Shown here piece after piece: positions 26,500 to 40,186 of a stretch of 64,000 nt of DNA (position 1 is the first letter of the stretch; each line of letters begins with the position of its first letter). The stretch lies in assembly GCF_009914755.1 (NCBI RefSeq), contig NC_060938.1; one strand, given 5' to 3'. This DNA is from the human T2T-CHM13v2.0 reference genome, Homo sapiens. The notes beneath the pieces are model-generated. The model worked only from the letters and a program-made list of their open reading frames with translations, made no database searches and was not told the DNA's origin. The translations under genes were made by a program, and so were the position numbers.

Positions 26500-28960
26500 G
26501 AAAATTGGTTATTGATACGTTTAGTTTTAACTCTAACATCAATTTTTTCTTTTTCATTTTGTCTCATTCTTCACTATTTTTCTTTGGTTTCTTTCTTTTG
26601 TATTAATTCACTATTTTGTCTAATTCTATTTTATCTCCCTTGTGGGATTATCAGTTCTACCACTTGTATATCTGTCCATGCATGTTCTTTTTTAAGTTGA
26701 TATATATTTTAACAATTTATTGACAAGTACTATAGAATTACTCCAAATATAAGAATATTAGAATAGTAAATTTTCATTTTAGTCCTCACAATTTTTGTGC
26801 TTTTGTTTCATAGATTGTATTTCTAGAATTGATATAAAACCCACATTGCTTTACTATAATGCTTGATCTAAATAGTCAATAATATTTAAAAGAGATTTTT
26901 AAAATAAGAAAAAGATAAAAAAAATAAGAAAAAGAAAACATTTCTGGCGCTCTTCATTTCTTTTTGCAAGTCTAGATTTGTACCTGGTATCATTGCCTTT
27001 CTGCTAGAAGGAAGATTTTTTTATTTAACATTTCCTGAAGTAGTAATTGCTAATGGTAAATTCTTTCGATTTTCATATGCCATAAAAAAGTCTTTATTCT
27101 GCCATCCTTTTCAAAATATGTTTGATTAGTATATAATTCTAGGTTTAAAGTGTTTTCAAAACTACTTTAAAGTTCCACTCTCTTTCAACTAGCTTTGATT
27201 CTGACAAAAAAAAAATCTGCTGTAATTTGTACTAATTTGTATATTTGTTCTTATTTTTTCAGTCTGCTTTTAAGATTGGTTTTCAGAATTGTTTATTTTG
27301 ATGTTTCTTGTAGTTCTTTTCATAATTTTTGTTTGTTTGCTTGTTTGGAGGCTAGTTGAGCTTCTAGGATTTATAGGTTTATAGTTCTCATCAAATTTGG
27401 AAATTTTTCACTCATATTTTTCCATCCCCTTTTTTCTAATTTAGTTTACACTAGGTCACATTAATTTTGTTTACATACTATTAATTCTCTGACAATATGT
27501 CTACTTTAAAAAATCTACTTCATTTCATCTTATGTTAAAAGAAAAGCTTTATGGGAGCAAAGAACAATTCATAAATTAGGCAGCACTCAGAACCACAAAA
27601 GATTCAGAGAGCTCTGCTCAGCAAATGAGCAGTGAATGTAGACAGAACATGAAAGTAAAGAAGAGGAATAGCTTAATTAGTTACAGCTAGGTGTTGTCTT
27701 CTGCAGACATGATTTGATCAGTTGGCTGCCTGTGATGAGCTGAAGCTCAGCTACTTGTGATTGGCTATCTGGTTATCTGTTAGAAGAAAAATACTCCTTT
27801 GTTAGGATTCATTTTATTTTTCGACTATGTTAGGTTGCTATTGATTAAGTAGAAATTCAGAGTACAGAGATACCCTCAGGCCAAATTTAATTTAACACTT
27901 GTTTCTATTTTTATACCTTCAATTACAATAAGACTTCTTCTTCAGTGTTTAATATGCTTTTAGTTTTACCCAGTGCATTTTTTTCATCTAAAACTTGGAT
28001 TTTTCATGTGTACAATATGACTAGGATCTGTTTTATGTCTTCTACATTTTTCCTTTACATGCTATGCTTTTCTCTATCTTCTTGTACATAGAATATAATT
28101 ATAATTATTTCAGTTGCCTTGTTTACTAATTATCACATCCATGTTCAAACTGGATCTGAATGTAGATATTGTAATTTCATCTTATTGTGAGTTGGATAAT
28201 TTTATATTCCTTTTCATATTCTCAAGCTTTGGCCTGAGGCAGTTAAGTTACTTTCAAATGGCTCAATTCTTTTGAAACTAGCCTTGAATCTCTGTTAAGA
28301 TGAGACAAAAGACTCCTTTAGCCTTGAGCTAATTGTACCCTGTTACTGAGGCAATACCTTTCTGGGTAATTTTCTCAATCCTCTGGGTATATTGAGGTTG
28401 CCTACTGTGGCTGATGAGGAGGCCAGCTATTATTTCTAGCCTTCTCTGTCCATTGAGCATTGTTCTATCTGCTTCTTTTCAGTAGTTATTTGCCCTGCAG
28501 TTTCCTCACATGTGTGCACTGATCAATACTTAAGCCTGAAACTGTCTGCAGCACTCCAGATCTTTATTTCTCTTTTACTTTGCAACTTGTTCTCTCTGTA
28601 GTTCTACTCTCTTCGCTCTCTCTCTCTTCCCTCAGCACAACCCTCTCCATCTCTACACTTCCTCTCACCTCTGCCCTGTGAATTCTAATTGCATTTGCTG
28701 CCCCAAATCCTCTTTAACTCATTCAGACCACTGAGCTCTGGATTTTTCCTCTCTGAGCTGCAGCCTGAGAACTTTCTCCAAGCAGCAAACTGGAGCAATA
28801 TAGAGATTACCAATTTTTATTGTTTGTTTTGTTTTGTTTTTTGGCTCCAAGGAATCTCTGGCTAGCACTGCCTACTTTTTGTTGTTCAATATCTGAAAAC
28901 TGTTTACTGTGAGAATGTATATATAATCCCATTGCTCCATTCCATCATGGCCAGATGTGA
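26500..28960 (-). mobile_element. Ancient L1M 5' region/ORF1 remnant, split by an LTR
   Basis: Antisense L1M ORF1-region motifs 'ctggtatcattgcctttctgctagaagg' and 'aaagtctttatt...tatataattctaggtt'; boundaries approximate. Confidence 0.65.
27533..27897 (-). mobile_element. ERV1 (MER4-group) solo LTR
   Basis: TG...CA ends with terminal inverted repeat tgttaaa/tttaaca; 4-bp TSD ctta/cttg. Confidence 0.8.
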
Positions 28961-29880
28961 AAGACTATACTACATATTAATCTGATGTAGTTTTAGGCTT
29001 CTTAATTTTTATTTGATATTTCCAATTTTTCAGACATCTTTCATATCTATGCTGTAATTCCCTGAACATAAGTTCTTCATATCAAATATATATAATCATA
29101 AGATCAATTTTCATTATATTTTCCTCATGCTGCACAGCTACAACACAAAGCTATTCTTATTATTATGAGCATAAGCTTTTTAAATTTTTAATTAGTTAAT
29201 ATTAATTTTTTTAAATTTTATCTTTTGTATTTAGTTCTTTACCCCATTTGGTATCTTTGCATACCATATTACTAAGGAACTGATTTTATATTTTTTATAT
29301 AATGAGAAATTTTTCTTTTTACTATTCCCAAAGTGTTACATTCTTTCCATTGCTTTATTTGCTTGTTCTTGTATAATTTCTATAGGAATTTTTAAACTAT
29401 TAATTTAAAGTAGTGTTTCTCTTTTCCTTTTATTGAAGTGTTAATATGTGTATACAAAAGAGGTCGCATAAGGGAACAGCTCAATGAATTTTCGTAAAGT
29501 GGATATGCTTCTTTTAGCTGCATCAAGAGTAAGAAAATGTGTCATTATGTGAAAAGCAATCTTCCTGTTTTATACCAGTCACTAACCCCTAGAATGAAGA
29601 CTATCCCGATTTCTAATAAAATATATTATTTTTGTCTTTTTTGGCTCCGTTAACATAAATAGAAAGGTAAAAAATGCATTCTTTTGAGTTAGGGTTTCTT
29701 CCATCAGTATTATGTTTTTGAGACATATCCATATTACTGTGTGGAGTTGTGGCTTTTTTCATTATCAAAGTTGTATATTATCCATTATTATATAAATATA
29801 CTGCAATTCATTCATCCATTTTATCTGTTTATGTGCATTTGGGCCATTTCAAGGTTGTATCTATTAGAAATACTGCTAGT

Positions 29881-30050
29881 GGTGGAGGATGGTGGACTAT
29901 ACCTGTAATCCCAATGCTGCGGAAGACCGAGGAAGGAGGATTGCTGTTCTCAGGAGTTCAAAGCTGCAGTTAGCTATGATTATACCACTGTCCTCCAGCC
30001 TGGGCAACAGAGGGAGACCCTGTCTCAAAAAAAAAAAAAGAAAGAAAGGA

Positions 30051-30110
<60 letters not shown>

Positions 30111-30139
30111 GAAAAAGAAAATAAAAGACAGAAAAAAAA
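29881..30139 (+). mobile_element. Free Alu monomer (FRAM/FAM-like) with expanded tail
   Basis: Single arm 'cctgtaatccca...ggaggattgct...gctgcagttagctatgat...cagcctgggcaacagagggagaccctgtctc'; TSD tactgctagt (29871-29880) / tactgccagt (30146-30155). Confidence 0.85.
30038..30110. repeat. (GAAA)n tetranucleotide microsatellite in the Alu-monomer tail
   Basis: Directly visible tandem aaag units. Confidence 0.97.
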
Positions 30140-32069
30140 TATTGTTACTGCCAGTAAGAACAGTACTTTTCTGTCAAATATACCACTATGTTGGTAGTTG
30201 CTCAATCACATACACATACACATACACACATACACAGACACCCCCAGATTTGGCAAATACTGATAAATAGTATATTAATTAAACCCCCATCAGCAATGTA
30301 TGAAGCTGTTAGTTCTTTCCATATCCTTGTAAACACTTGAAGTTACATCCTTTTTTTTCATTTTAGTCATTCAATTGTATCTGTACTAGTAGAGAACTAT
30401 AATTTAACTGTGAATAACTAATGTAGTTCAATAACATTTTATATTTAATTGTGTTCATTATAAACTGGTAGGACAATCACTCATTCTTTTGTTTTTCTTT
30501 TTGAAAGAAGAAGAAGTTATTTAAGGATCTTTATTCTTCTATATACGTTTTCCATCTTTCTAGATATTTAGTAGAAAAATGTTTTTATTGCATTGACTAT
30601 ATAGATTAACTTGGAGAAAGTATATCTGTATTCTGTTTTTTATATTGGTTATTATTTTCTAATTTGTTTTATCTCAAACATACAGAAAGTACAAACGAAA
30701 TATACAGACAACATTTTAAAACAATACATATAGAAAATATAACATCTCACAATTAATTCTGAGATTTAACAAATTATTAGCATTCTGCCATACTTTTTCC
30801 CATTTTTAAAAACAATATTCTTAATAGGCCATTAAAAATATACTTACCTGTCTGTGTTCCCCTACTAGAACTTACACTTATTAATAGGCTCGATAATATG
30901 AAATTTTCCATACTTATACACTTTTGACATAACAGCAGCAATTTCCTGTGACTCAACCTAGCAACATTTGCATCTGTATCACTTAAGATCATTTCTATCC
31001 CATAGTGATGCTCAATACCTTGTATATTGAGTTCTCAATAAAAGCTAATTATCAAATTAAGATACACGATAGCAGCATTCTTAAAAATATTTTTCACATT
31101 TATGTATCTCCACAAATAATTATCAAATGAACAATTAAATCATCTCTCCAGTTTCCATAAATTCTCCCAGGAATGTATAGCCTGTTTTTCACAAAATAAA
31201 TGAACCCAATTTTCCTCCTGTAAATTCCTATGAATGGGCTTATCATCTTATGTGTTTCAGCACTCTCAGCTGTTTTTTCACTGCTGTCATAAAATGTGGG
31301 AAGCTGGTTTTTAGCAACTTATGCTCTTTTTAATGTACTGAATATAGTATAATTGTGACTTAGAAAAGTGACGACTATAAACCTTAACTGTATGTAAATT
31401 AAGAATAAATATAATTTGCAAGAGAGTTTAGAAATCTTTCTTGAGTAGAATGGATTAAGTCTAGTTCATGAATTTTGATATCTGTAGATTAGTTGTTTAT
31501 TTAGATATCTTTCTCATGTACATACTGTTAGTTGACTGTGTTACAATTAATATATATCATCAGGTATTTGAAATACCAGAGGCAAGATGGCTTTGTAAAA
31601 GTAGAAAATAAAATTTACCTAAAAGTTTAGAATATTCAGCACTAGCTTTTGAAGGGGTTTTACAATAATCTCATCTGTTTCATATTTTATTGTTTTAAAA
31701 TTTATGTTTAATTCTGATGTCTAATTCTTAAAATCATATGTGTTATTTTCTCTTCAGACACTGTTTTACAACACCATAAATATTTCTGTTATATACAAAA
31801 TAGCCATTCTAGCTATATGTTTTATGTCATAAGTTTCTGAATTTGAAAAGAAATGGATAAACATGCTTAAATATGGTGGTATCAAAAAATAGACATCTTG
31901 TGTTTTCTATGGCATATGGAATAGGTTGCATTGAAACATTTATGTTTTTCAGATAACCAAAGCATATTAAAGCATTTAATTTGTTTCATTTGGATGTTAA
32001 AAAAAAGAAAAGTTAAAAGACCATATGTATTTCTTTATTCCTTGAACTAAGATTGGATATAGAGCTCAA

Positions 32070-32190
32070 TCTGGGTGGTAGTTAACACAAGTGTCTACTT
32101 ACGTACAAATTTATAAAACTACATAAATTAAGATTATTAAGCTTCACATACCATACTATTTGTTATACCTCAATAAAAAATTTAAAAAAA
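32070..32190 (+). mobile_element. L1M 3' terminal fragment
   Basis: 'atctgggtggtagtta...tgttatacctcaataaaaaa' is a typical L1MB/ME terminus. Confidence 0.6.
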
Positions 32191-32449
32191 TATGTACACA
32201 GAAAGTACTGGTCATATTGAAACACTTCTAAAAATTTCATATTCTTTTTAGTTATTTAGAATAGATGGTTGCTGAATATTTTCTAAAATATATTGGATCA
32301 TTTCACAGTGTTTCTGCATCTCTCACTCCACAAAGCAAACTGTCATTTTTATATGAATAATATCATCTTAGAATTGAATTTTTTTAAATGGCAAAGAAAC
32401 TCTTACATGAGAAAACTCATTTTAAAACACAGAATTTTATTGAGCCATC

Positions 32450-32821
32450 TGGTATGGACTAAATTCTGTTTCCCCTAAATTCATATGTCGAAGCCCTAAA
32501 CCCCAGTGTGACCATATTTGGCGAGAGAGCCTTTAAGGAGATAATAAAGGTTAAATGAGATAAAAAAGTTGGGGTCCTAATCTAATAGAAACAAGTGTCC
32601 TTATAAGAAGAGGAAGAAACACCAGGGCTATTCATAGGCAGAGTATAGAACATAGCAGGAAGACAGCCATCTGCAAGCTAAAAATAGAGGTGTCAGGAGA
32701 AACTAAACCTGCTGACACCTTGATCTTGGACTTACAGCCTCTAGCATTGTGGGAAAGCAGAAATGTTTCTTAACTCACCCAGTTAGTTGTACTTGTTATG
32801 ATAGCACTAGCAAATGAATCA
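32450..32821 (+). mobile_element. MaLR solo LTR, MLT1A/B-like
   Basis: 'tatggactaaatt...aaattcatatgtcgaagccctaaacccc...cctgctgacaccttgatcttggactt'. Confidence 0.88.
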
Positions 32822-35090
32822 CTAACCACCTTAAGGTTCATATTACATAGTAACCCTTCCTGTCTCTCTGTGTACATAACATGTTTATGGTGCTTTGTGT
32901 TTACAGCATATCAAACTTAGGAAAACTCTACTTCTTTTAAGAAATGTAGAAGACATTTGACAGTTTTGTCTTTCCATTTGAACATAAACCTCCAAAAATG
33001 CAGAAATACATTATATCGTCTGTCATGCTATGTTGAATAAGACTGTCATCAAAACTTTGTACTATGGTTATACATTAACTACACAACTACTTATTTGGTG
33101 AAAACCAAACAAAGCTAATGGGTTAAAAAAAATAAGATGCCTTGTGTTTTGGAAAGCATAATTCCACACTCAAACTATTTGAAATGGTCCACTTAAAAAC
33201 ATAAAACTCTGAAGAAAGTGTATGGCTATAAATAATATAAAAGAAAAGCTATACAACTATATTCATTAAAAAGAAACATAAATAATTTTTAAAAGCAAAA
33301 AAAATTAATATAAGGTTTAAACTATGACCACACTTTAAATAAAAAAATTAGTGCTCCATTGATATATTTAAGACTTAAAAATCTGTTTCTTACATTTGAT
33401 GTCAAACAGTTCAAATTTTATAAATGTATTATAATAAAATTTGAGATATAGGATTTTGAGATAAATTGTTACGTTTTAGAAGTAACTAAGAAAATGACTG
33501 AATTATTTTGAAAATGTTGCTACTTACATGCTAGAACATACATCGATTTCTTAAATAGTAAAGTGCATTTAAAATAAGAATGTGTAATATGTTTCTATTA
33601 TAATTATTTTCTTGGTATACACTGTATGTAGTCCAAATAAATATTTTTGTTAAATTAGAAATTGTTTCTAAGTAAAATAATGTCAAAGTATACTTGAAAC
33701 TCTAAATTTTTATATACTGTACCAAAGGTCCAAGTATGAGTAAAGCAGTAGATATTACAGAGTTTTAAAATGTTGAAAGTAATTTCAGATCACTGGGTTA
33801 TGTAATGAATTTAATACTGCTGTTACATATTTTCAGCACTCATGTTAACAAGTTTGACGATGAAGAAAGTCAGAATTTTTTGCTTAGCTACACATTATTT
33901 TGAAGGTTTTTATTATTGAGACATGAAAATATTGAAATGCCTAGATTTTACTATCAATATTTTATGAATGTTCTGTAGAAATTCTAACTCTGACATTGAT
34001 CTATTTATGAGGTGAAAAATATCATTTAAAAAAATTGGTACATTGGCGATTTGCAGCTGGCTCAGTTTCTTATGGCTTGATAGAGGTTGAAAAATGTGAT
34101 AACAAATAATCATCTGCTCAGGAAAAAAAAAAAAGGAAAAATGAAGCTTTAAAGGTTTCTTAAAATGATAGGAGAAAACAGGGAAGGAAGATAACCGCAT
34201 TGGTGATAGAAGCAAAAGAAAGGTAACAAGGAAACAATGGCAAATTTTTGAACCAGCAAGGAGAGAATACAGAGAAAAGAGAAAAAAAAGTCAGGATAAT
34301 TTTTCCTGTTTTACACTTTAGTAATTACACTGTAATTTCAAAAGTTTTAGCTGACATATTTTTTATAACTTCCTCGTCCTAAGAGGGGAAAAAAAAAGAA
34401 ATCCTTGGAAAACCAATCCTTTTAAAGTACACTGGTACTTACCAGCATTTAAAGTAGACTATAATTGTTGTTGAAAATATTATTGTACGTTTAAAATCTT
34501 TTGGACATTTATAACAAAATATTTTAATAATGGTTGATTATCGCTTGATTTTCCCTGAAAATGGAATTTTGACTGATTTCAATTTATTTGCTTGCATTTT
34601 TTCTGCCAAATTTTGCAAAATTAGCATATTTAATTTTTCAATAATGATTCAAAGCAGAAAGTCAAAATTTTCATGCAAGAAATATTTTTTTACTTCTCAA
34701 GCACATAAAATATTTTCAGGGGCAGAAGAAAAAAGTTTGATGTTGGAACTTCAGAAATGTCTCCCCACACAACACAAAATTGACCCATTGGGAGACATAC
34801 TCCTTCCAAGGTAACTAATATAATTGTGTGTCCCAGCTTTACAGTCATGGGAAAGGGATCAAAAATCATAATAAAGAAGACTCCTCTGCTGCCAAAACTG
34901 GCTCTCACTGAAACAGGCCACAGAATTTCATCAGTAGCCTGGTGATGCTCATTCATCTTCCATGCCTATTACAATCTAGTACAACTCTAACACCTTTTAT
35001 TCCAGGAATTAAATGTTCACATTCATTACCACCAATGTATATAAAATAAGAGGTAAAAAGATATAAATAGCAGGAAAAAAATATGAATAA

Positions 35091-35469
35091 TGTCTTAGCC
35101 TGCTTGGGCTGCCATAACAAAATATCAGATACAGATAACTTAAAGAGAAATATATTTTCTCACAGTTCTGGATTCTAGAAATCTGAGATCATGGTGCCAA
35201 AATGGTTGGATTCCAGTGTGGGCTGTCTTCCTAGCTTGTAGATGGCTGCCGTCTCTCTATGTCCTCATATGGCAGCGAGAAAGAGCAACCAAGCTCTCTG
35301 GTGTCTCTGCTTATAAGGGCACTAATCCCCTCATGAATGTCCCACTCTCATGACTTTACTAAACCTAAATTACCTCCCCAATGCCATTTCCAAATAACAA
35401 CACATTGGAGGTTAGGGCTTCAACATATGAATTTAGGTGAGGGTGGAAAGTACAATTCAGCCCATAGCA
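35091..35469 (-). mobile_element. MaLR solo LTR, MLT1A0-like
   Basis: 'tgtcttagcctgcttgggctgccataacaaaat...gggcttcaacatatgaattt...attcagcccatagca' with TG/CA ends. Confidence 0.9.
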
Positions 35470-35819
35470 CCTGAGAACTAAGACTCCTAAACCATCAAAA
35501 CACAATGTCTTATGGAAACGAATAAATTGATTTATGTGTGGAGTATTTGATATGAAAAAATGTGGGCCTATTTTCATTTCCTTGGTAGCTGGACTCTGCA
35601 TTTTTCAAAAGGTCATCCTAACATCCTAAAAGGCCAAGGGTTACTAAGAGCTGAGAAAAAGAAAAACAGAGTAAAAGCAGTGAAATCCACACTCATCAGC
35701 CCATTGATTCCCCTCTTTCACTGTAAATTCAATGCTTTATTCTCATTAAAAAGACTTTAATCCTGTAGCTTTCAACTTCCAGCTGGTGTCAGCTTATCGT
35801 GCAGAACTATCTGTAAAGA

Positions 35820-38231
35820 TGACTAAAATGTTGTCTTCCTCAGTTAACTGGTCATGGCTCTCACCAGGAGGCCATGGTAGTGGGCTGAGGGTGAAGGGCA
35901 ATGTAATGAAAATAGGCACTGTGGGAGCATGACCCATGAGCTTGGACATCTTATGTGTGCTTTCAGGACAAACTTGAGGCTCTTCTCTATAGTATTTTTA
36001 CTTGGTGGTACAGGACTACTGTCACACATTTCTGATTGGGTGGATTAGATAATGCCCATTCATTGGTCAGCTTAATTTGTATGCTTATTTGTAAGCCAGT
36101 GGTGTTTAGTCTACCCTCAGGCCCAGAGGGATTTTCTCCAAGCTCTAAGGACACACAACCTAATTCTCTTTGAGACCTGGCCACAGACTGTACACATGTA
36201 CTAATATGCTACAGGAATTTTGAGTGTCGTTGGCTCTGCCAAGTCATATATGGCAGAGCTATATTCGCTCACTACAGCGTGGGCCAGTTCTCAGAGCCTA
36301 TGTGAGGTCCAAACCCCCAATCTGAAATCTTGTAGCTTTAAAAGTTCATTGGTAAAAGAGAACACAATCAATTTGTCATATCTTACCTCCCAAGCCAAAT
36401 GAAATAAGGATAATGAGACTTGTGCCCCACTTTTAGTTCCAAAGAATGAAATGGGCATCAACTTTGCCTTTCACTTTAAAGGGGAAATCCTAATACATGC
36501 CAAGTCAGAAGCACCAATAATCATGACTAAAGTAGAAAACCCCTGACATTTGATAGGTGTTATTTCTTTAAGCAAGCATGTGTCTTGCAAAATTTTAGAG
36601 TTTATCAACTATTTCTGCCTTATCATGTCTTAACAGCTTGTAAATATCAATGTGGTGAGCCAGCATAATGTCTTTTGAGATATTCAGTTACTCTCAAATC
36701 ACACAAACTAAACTATGAGGGAAAACTGTAAAGGGGAAAGAGACAATAGAGGTTTAGTGCTGTCATTACAAGTTGAAAGCCAACTGCTGCTGGTGTTTTC
36801 TACTCATTGGTAGAGAACAAAACCTTTTGGCAGTTTTATAGCTGTGTAATAGGTGCCAGGGGCAATGCTAATTGCTCCTATAAAGAGACTACATCTGGAA
36901 CAGCAATTGGGGTCATCATCAGATTTTATGTGCTTTGCTTCCCATTCCTGCCACGTTTCATCTGTACAGGCCAAACAGACACTCCATGGAGCTGTGATGG
37001 TAATAACCAACCTGAATCGTGGCACTTTCCCCATGAATGCAGTATTGCATTTATTATTCTCCTTTCGTGGGGTGGGTCTGGTTTAAGAGCTAATCCTTGG
37101 CTTCTCCTAACCACCAAATCTTCTGTGAAATGATTCATGTCAAAACTCTCCCACTTGACTCCAAGTATTACCTCTGGTGGTACAACATGCCATTATGCAT
37201 CCTCAAAGTTAAGCATGTATTCAGAGCTAGTGATCAGTTACACCTGTAAATTATGCCAAGAAATGTCTAGTATATCATATTAATTTAGTGTGGACCACCT
37301 CCAACTCTAAGACTCTGTTATAGTCAAGCAACTGAGTCAACTGTTGGAACCACTCCTGACTACTCTAGGTGGCACATTACATTCAGAATTTCAAGTAAAT
37401 ATAGTCATATTGATTAAAATGCCCTAATTAATTATTTTCTTCTCTTTCTGGAACAGTTAGGATAAATTCTCACATAAACTGCTCAGATTTTTTGCCAATA
37501 TAAATGGTGAAAAATTTTTAATATTTGGTATCTATATATTTATCTTGATCTTTTTATATGCCTCCTGAGACAAACTTATCAGAAATCTACTTATTGGCCT
37601 AGTGGCTATAAGGTAGTAGGAGTGTGCAGTAAAACAGGCTGGCACTTCTTTCCAAAGCAATTATATCCATTGAATAATTAAAAGGACTCCACCAAAAGAT
37701 GAACAGACCTCAAGGGGTTTTGGACGCACAGAACTCATTTCCACATTAATCCACCTAAATGACCGCATTCCAATTGTCAAGCCCTGCTCTTTCTCAACCA
37801 ATGATTTAAACTTCACATGAGAGACAAAGAAACTTATGAATTTAATTATCTTTTAACTCAATAGTATACAAGATAATACTGCATCTGATGGCTGGCTTTA
37901 TTACCTTTGATATGTATATATGTCTGCCTTGAGCTGTGAATTGACAGCCCAGTGCTTGCGATTGTTATTCTTTCAGCTTTTCAAAAGCAGCTAGCCCATC
38001 TGTCAGTTTTTATATTCTTCATCTTCACCATAATACTCCAACATAACAATCACTCTATTCACTGAAGCCATGGCTTTCTTAGTATATTTTTTTTTGGCCA
38101 CTGGTTTTCATAGACTACACAATTGTCATCCTCTAGGTATAACCACCAGGTCATTTCATTCTAAGCAGGCCAAGTAAGAAATCCAGATTTCCATATTTGA
38201 GCCTCTGTTTCCTGCATCTATCTCTGGTATC
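35820..38231 (-). mobile_element. Decayed ERV-L (class III) internal region with pol/RT remnants
   Basis: Manual minus-strand translation gives VWPVQ, NLMMTPIAVPDVVSL*EQL, APGTYYTAIKL, HQQQLAF, KDIMLAHHIDI and IPFKVKGKL-like blocks. These are colinear with ERV-L RT motifs as I recall them (NQVVTPIAAAVPDVVSLLEQI, PGTWYAAIDL, QDITLVHYIDD, IPSKVKDKL). Confidence 0.8.
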
Positions 38232-38520
38232 ATCCAAGTCAAGTACTACAGGAAACAGAAAGCACTCTACATAGGTAGTTATAAACAGGTACTTTCACAA
38301 ATTATGAGAACTGAAAGAGCAAGGTCTTGGATACCAATAAGGAATAATTAGCAGACACCATAGCACTTTCTGAAAACCACTGAGAATTGGACTCATAACT
38401 TCAAGCATAAACCCTGAAAATGAAATTTAAAGAATATAAAATTAGAATTAAAAAGCTGCCACCGCTGGTTTAGCGGCCTCTCAACATACTGGAAGCTGAA
38501 TGAAAAGTCTTGATTGGTGG
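38232..38520 (-). mobile_element. Probable ancient ERV-L-type LTR remnant adjoining the internal region
   Basis: 'caggaaacagaaagcactcta' LTR-end-like motif next to 'ctctggtatca' (minus strand tgataccagag, a PBS-region-like start). Confidence 0.45.
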
Positions 38521-38659
38521 CTGCTAGAAATCTTCACAAGTCTACAACTCAGTTTGCCATCCAAAAATAATAATATTTTTAATTGTTCATGAATTCTAAT
38601 TATAAGCAGACATTTATTGTCTACATGCTGCATACCAGGAATTATGTGAGATGATGGAC

Positions 38660-39200
38660 AAACAACATCAGAGAGGTCTTCTCTAATCATTCTACCTAAG
38701 GTAGTACCTGATTCCTTTCAAAAGATATAACTGACAATACACATGAGCATGTGCGAAATTGGAAATCCAGTACCTCAATTAACAAAACTAACATAAACAA
38801 CTTCTAGATTAACTATTTGCTCCAAACCAAACAATATTTTTAGTAAATTAGAAACATCCCTCTCATTCACTTCTCACAAGTGGAAGACAAAAATGAAGCA
38901 GAGGCTGTAATTGCCCCCTTTCCAGCAGAGGGGGTAATTACCCCCTTTACAGCAGAAGATGAACTTAGAGAGATGAAAGCACTTTCCTAAGATTATACTG
39001 TCCAGAAGGATATTACTATTCTAGTACCTTCTTTGCACTTATCGCTATCTGAAAATATCTTATATTTCATTAATTTATTGTCTTTTACCTTCTGAGAAGA
39101 TGTAAATTTTGTGAGATCAAGAATATTAGAATCTGGTTGCACCATATATTTTTGAGTCTGAGAAAAGTCCCTGCCTAATAAATATAAGGTTAATAAATAA
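38660..39200 (+). mobile_element. L2 3' end fragments with an intervening MIR piece
   Basis: 'tcagagaggtcttctctaatcattcta', 'gcacttatcgctatctga...gatgtaaattttgtgag'; MIR-like 'ttacagcagaagatgaacttagagagatgaa'. Confidence 0.55.
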
Positions 39201-39559
39201 ACTGGACAGAAAGATTTTTATGTATGGAATTTAGAGACTTGTGGGTCACACTTAGAGGTATCAGATACTCAAAATACAACAAAATAAGTGTCATTAGATT
39301 TGAAGTAAAGGGCACTATGAACGCATAGGGTAGATACCAACCATGTAGAGGTAAATTGTCTTCCAATGAACTAAATAACATTGCTGTAAGCTTGAAAAGG
39401 CAAGGAAAGCAAACATGATGAGTGAGAAATAGAAAGCAGCTTAATGTCATCAAACTGAAAAATTAATGGGTTGGGATGGAACAAGTTTAAGAATGCAAAT
39501 ATGAGCAAAGGAAGAAAGTTCTTAAAAAATGTTAAATATTTGGTTTAATTTCACACTAG

Positions 39560-39990
39560 AAATTTTAAAATACGTTTTAAATTAAAGCCTGGAAAAACCA
39601 TATTTTCATTTTGGGTGGGGGGGAAAGCTTGAGCCAAAATGTGGAGAAGGATAAGATAAGGACAAGAATGAATTTAGGAAGACCATTTAAGTAGCTATTG
39701 TAATAATCCAGTGTCATATGATGATGGCTTATAATAATATGATGAATCTAGCAATAGAGAAGATTTAATAGATTTTACAGCTGTGTAGGTACAATTAACA
39801 TTCTTCAATGATTGATTTGAGATAAACATGAGAAAAAAATTGATGAAGCATAATGCTTCTTTTTTGGACATGAGTCAGGGTTGATTGCATTCAACGAGGC
39901 CAGTAACAGGTTTGGATAGATGAGATACCATCTTTGCATTTGGACATGCTGAATTTGAGATGTTTATGGAATATATAATGTCTAGTTTAA
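39560..39990 (-). mobile_element. L2 fragment
   Basis: 'gaagaccatttaagtagctattgtaataatccag' and 'tttggacatgctgaatttgagatg'. Confidence 0.6.
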
Positions 39991-40186
39991 TGCTCATACA
40001 TGGAGAAAGATATTTGGTTTGGGACTTTCATTAACCCTGATAAGATAGCCTTCTTGTTCTATAAAATGACACTTTATCAAATATGTCAGTCATATGTCTA
40101 TTTGAAACATAGGATACTCAATTAGGGAATTAATTTGTCATATACTTCAGATATCTGTACTTACAAATGTAAATTTTATGGAAAGT

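Larger units (their letters stand above)
29420..30440 (-). mobile_element. L1ME-type 3' end, interrupted by an Alu monomer
   Basis: 'ttttattgaagtg...acagctcaatgaattttcgtaaagtg' 3' terminus; resumes after 30155 ('ccccatcagcaatgtatga'). Confidence 0.7.

Noticed and set aside
29889-30205. Lys/Arg-rich and Phe/Leu-rich ORFs
   Set aside because: Translations of the (GAAA)n Alu tail.
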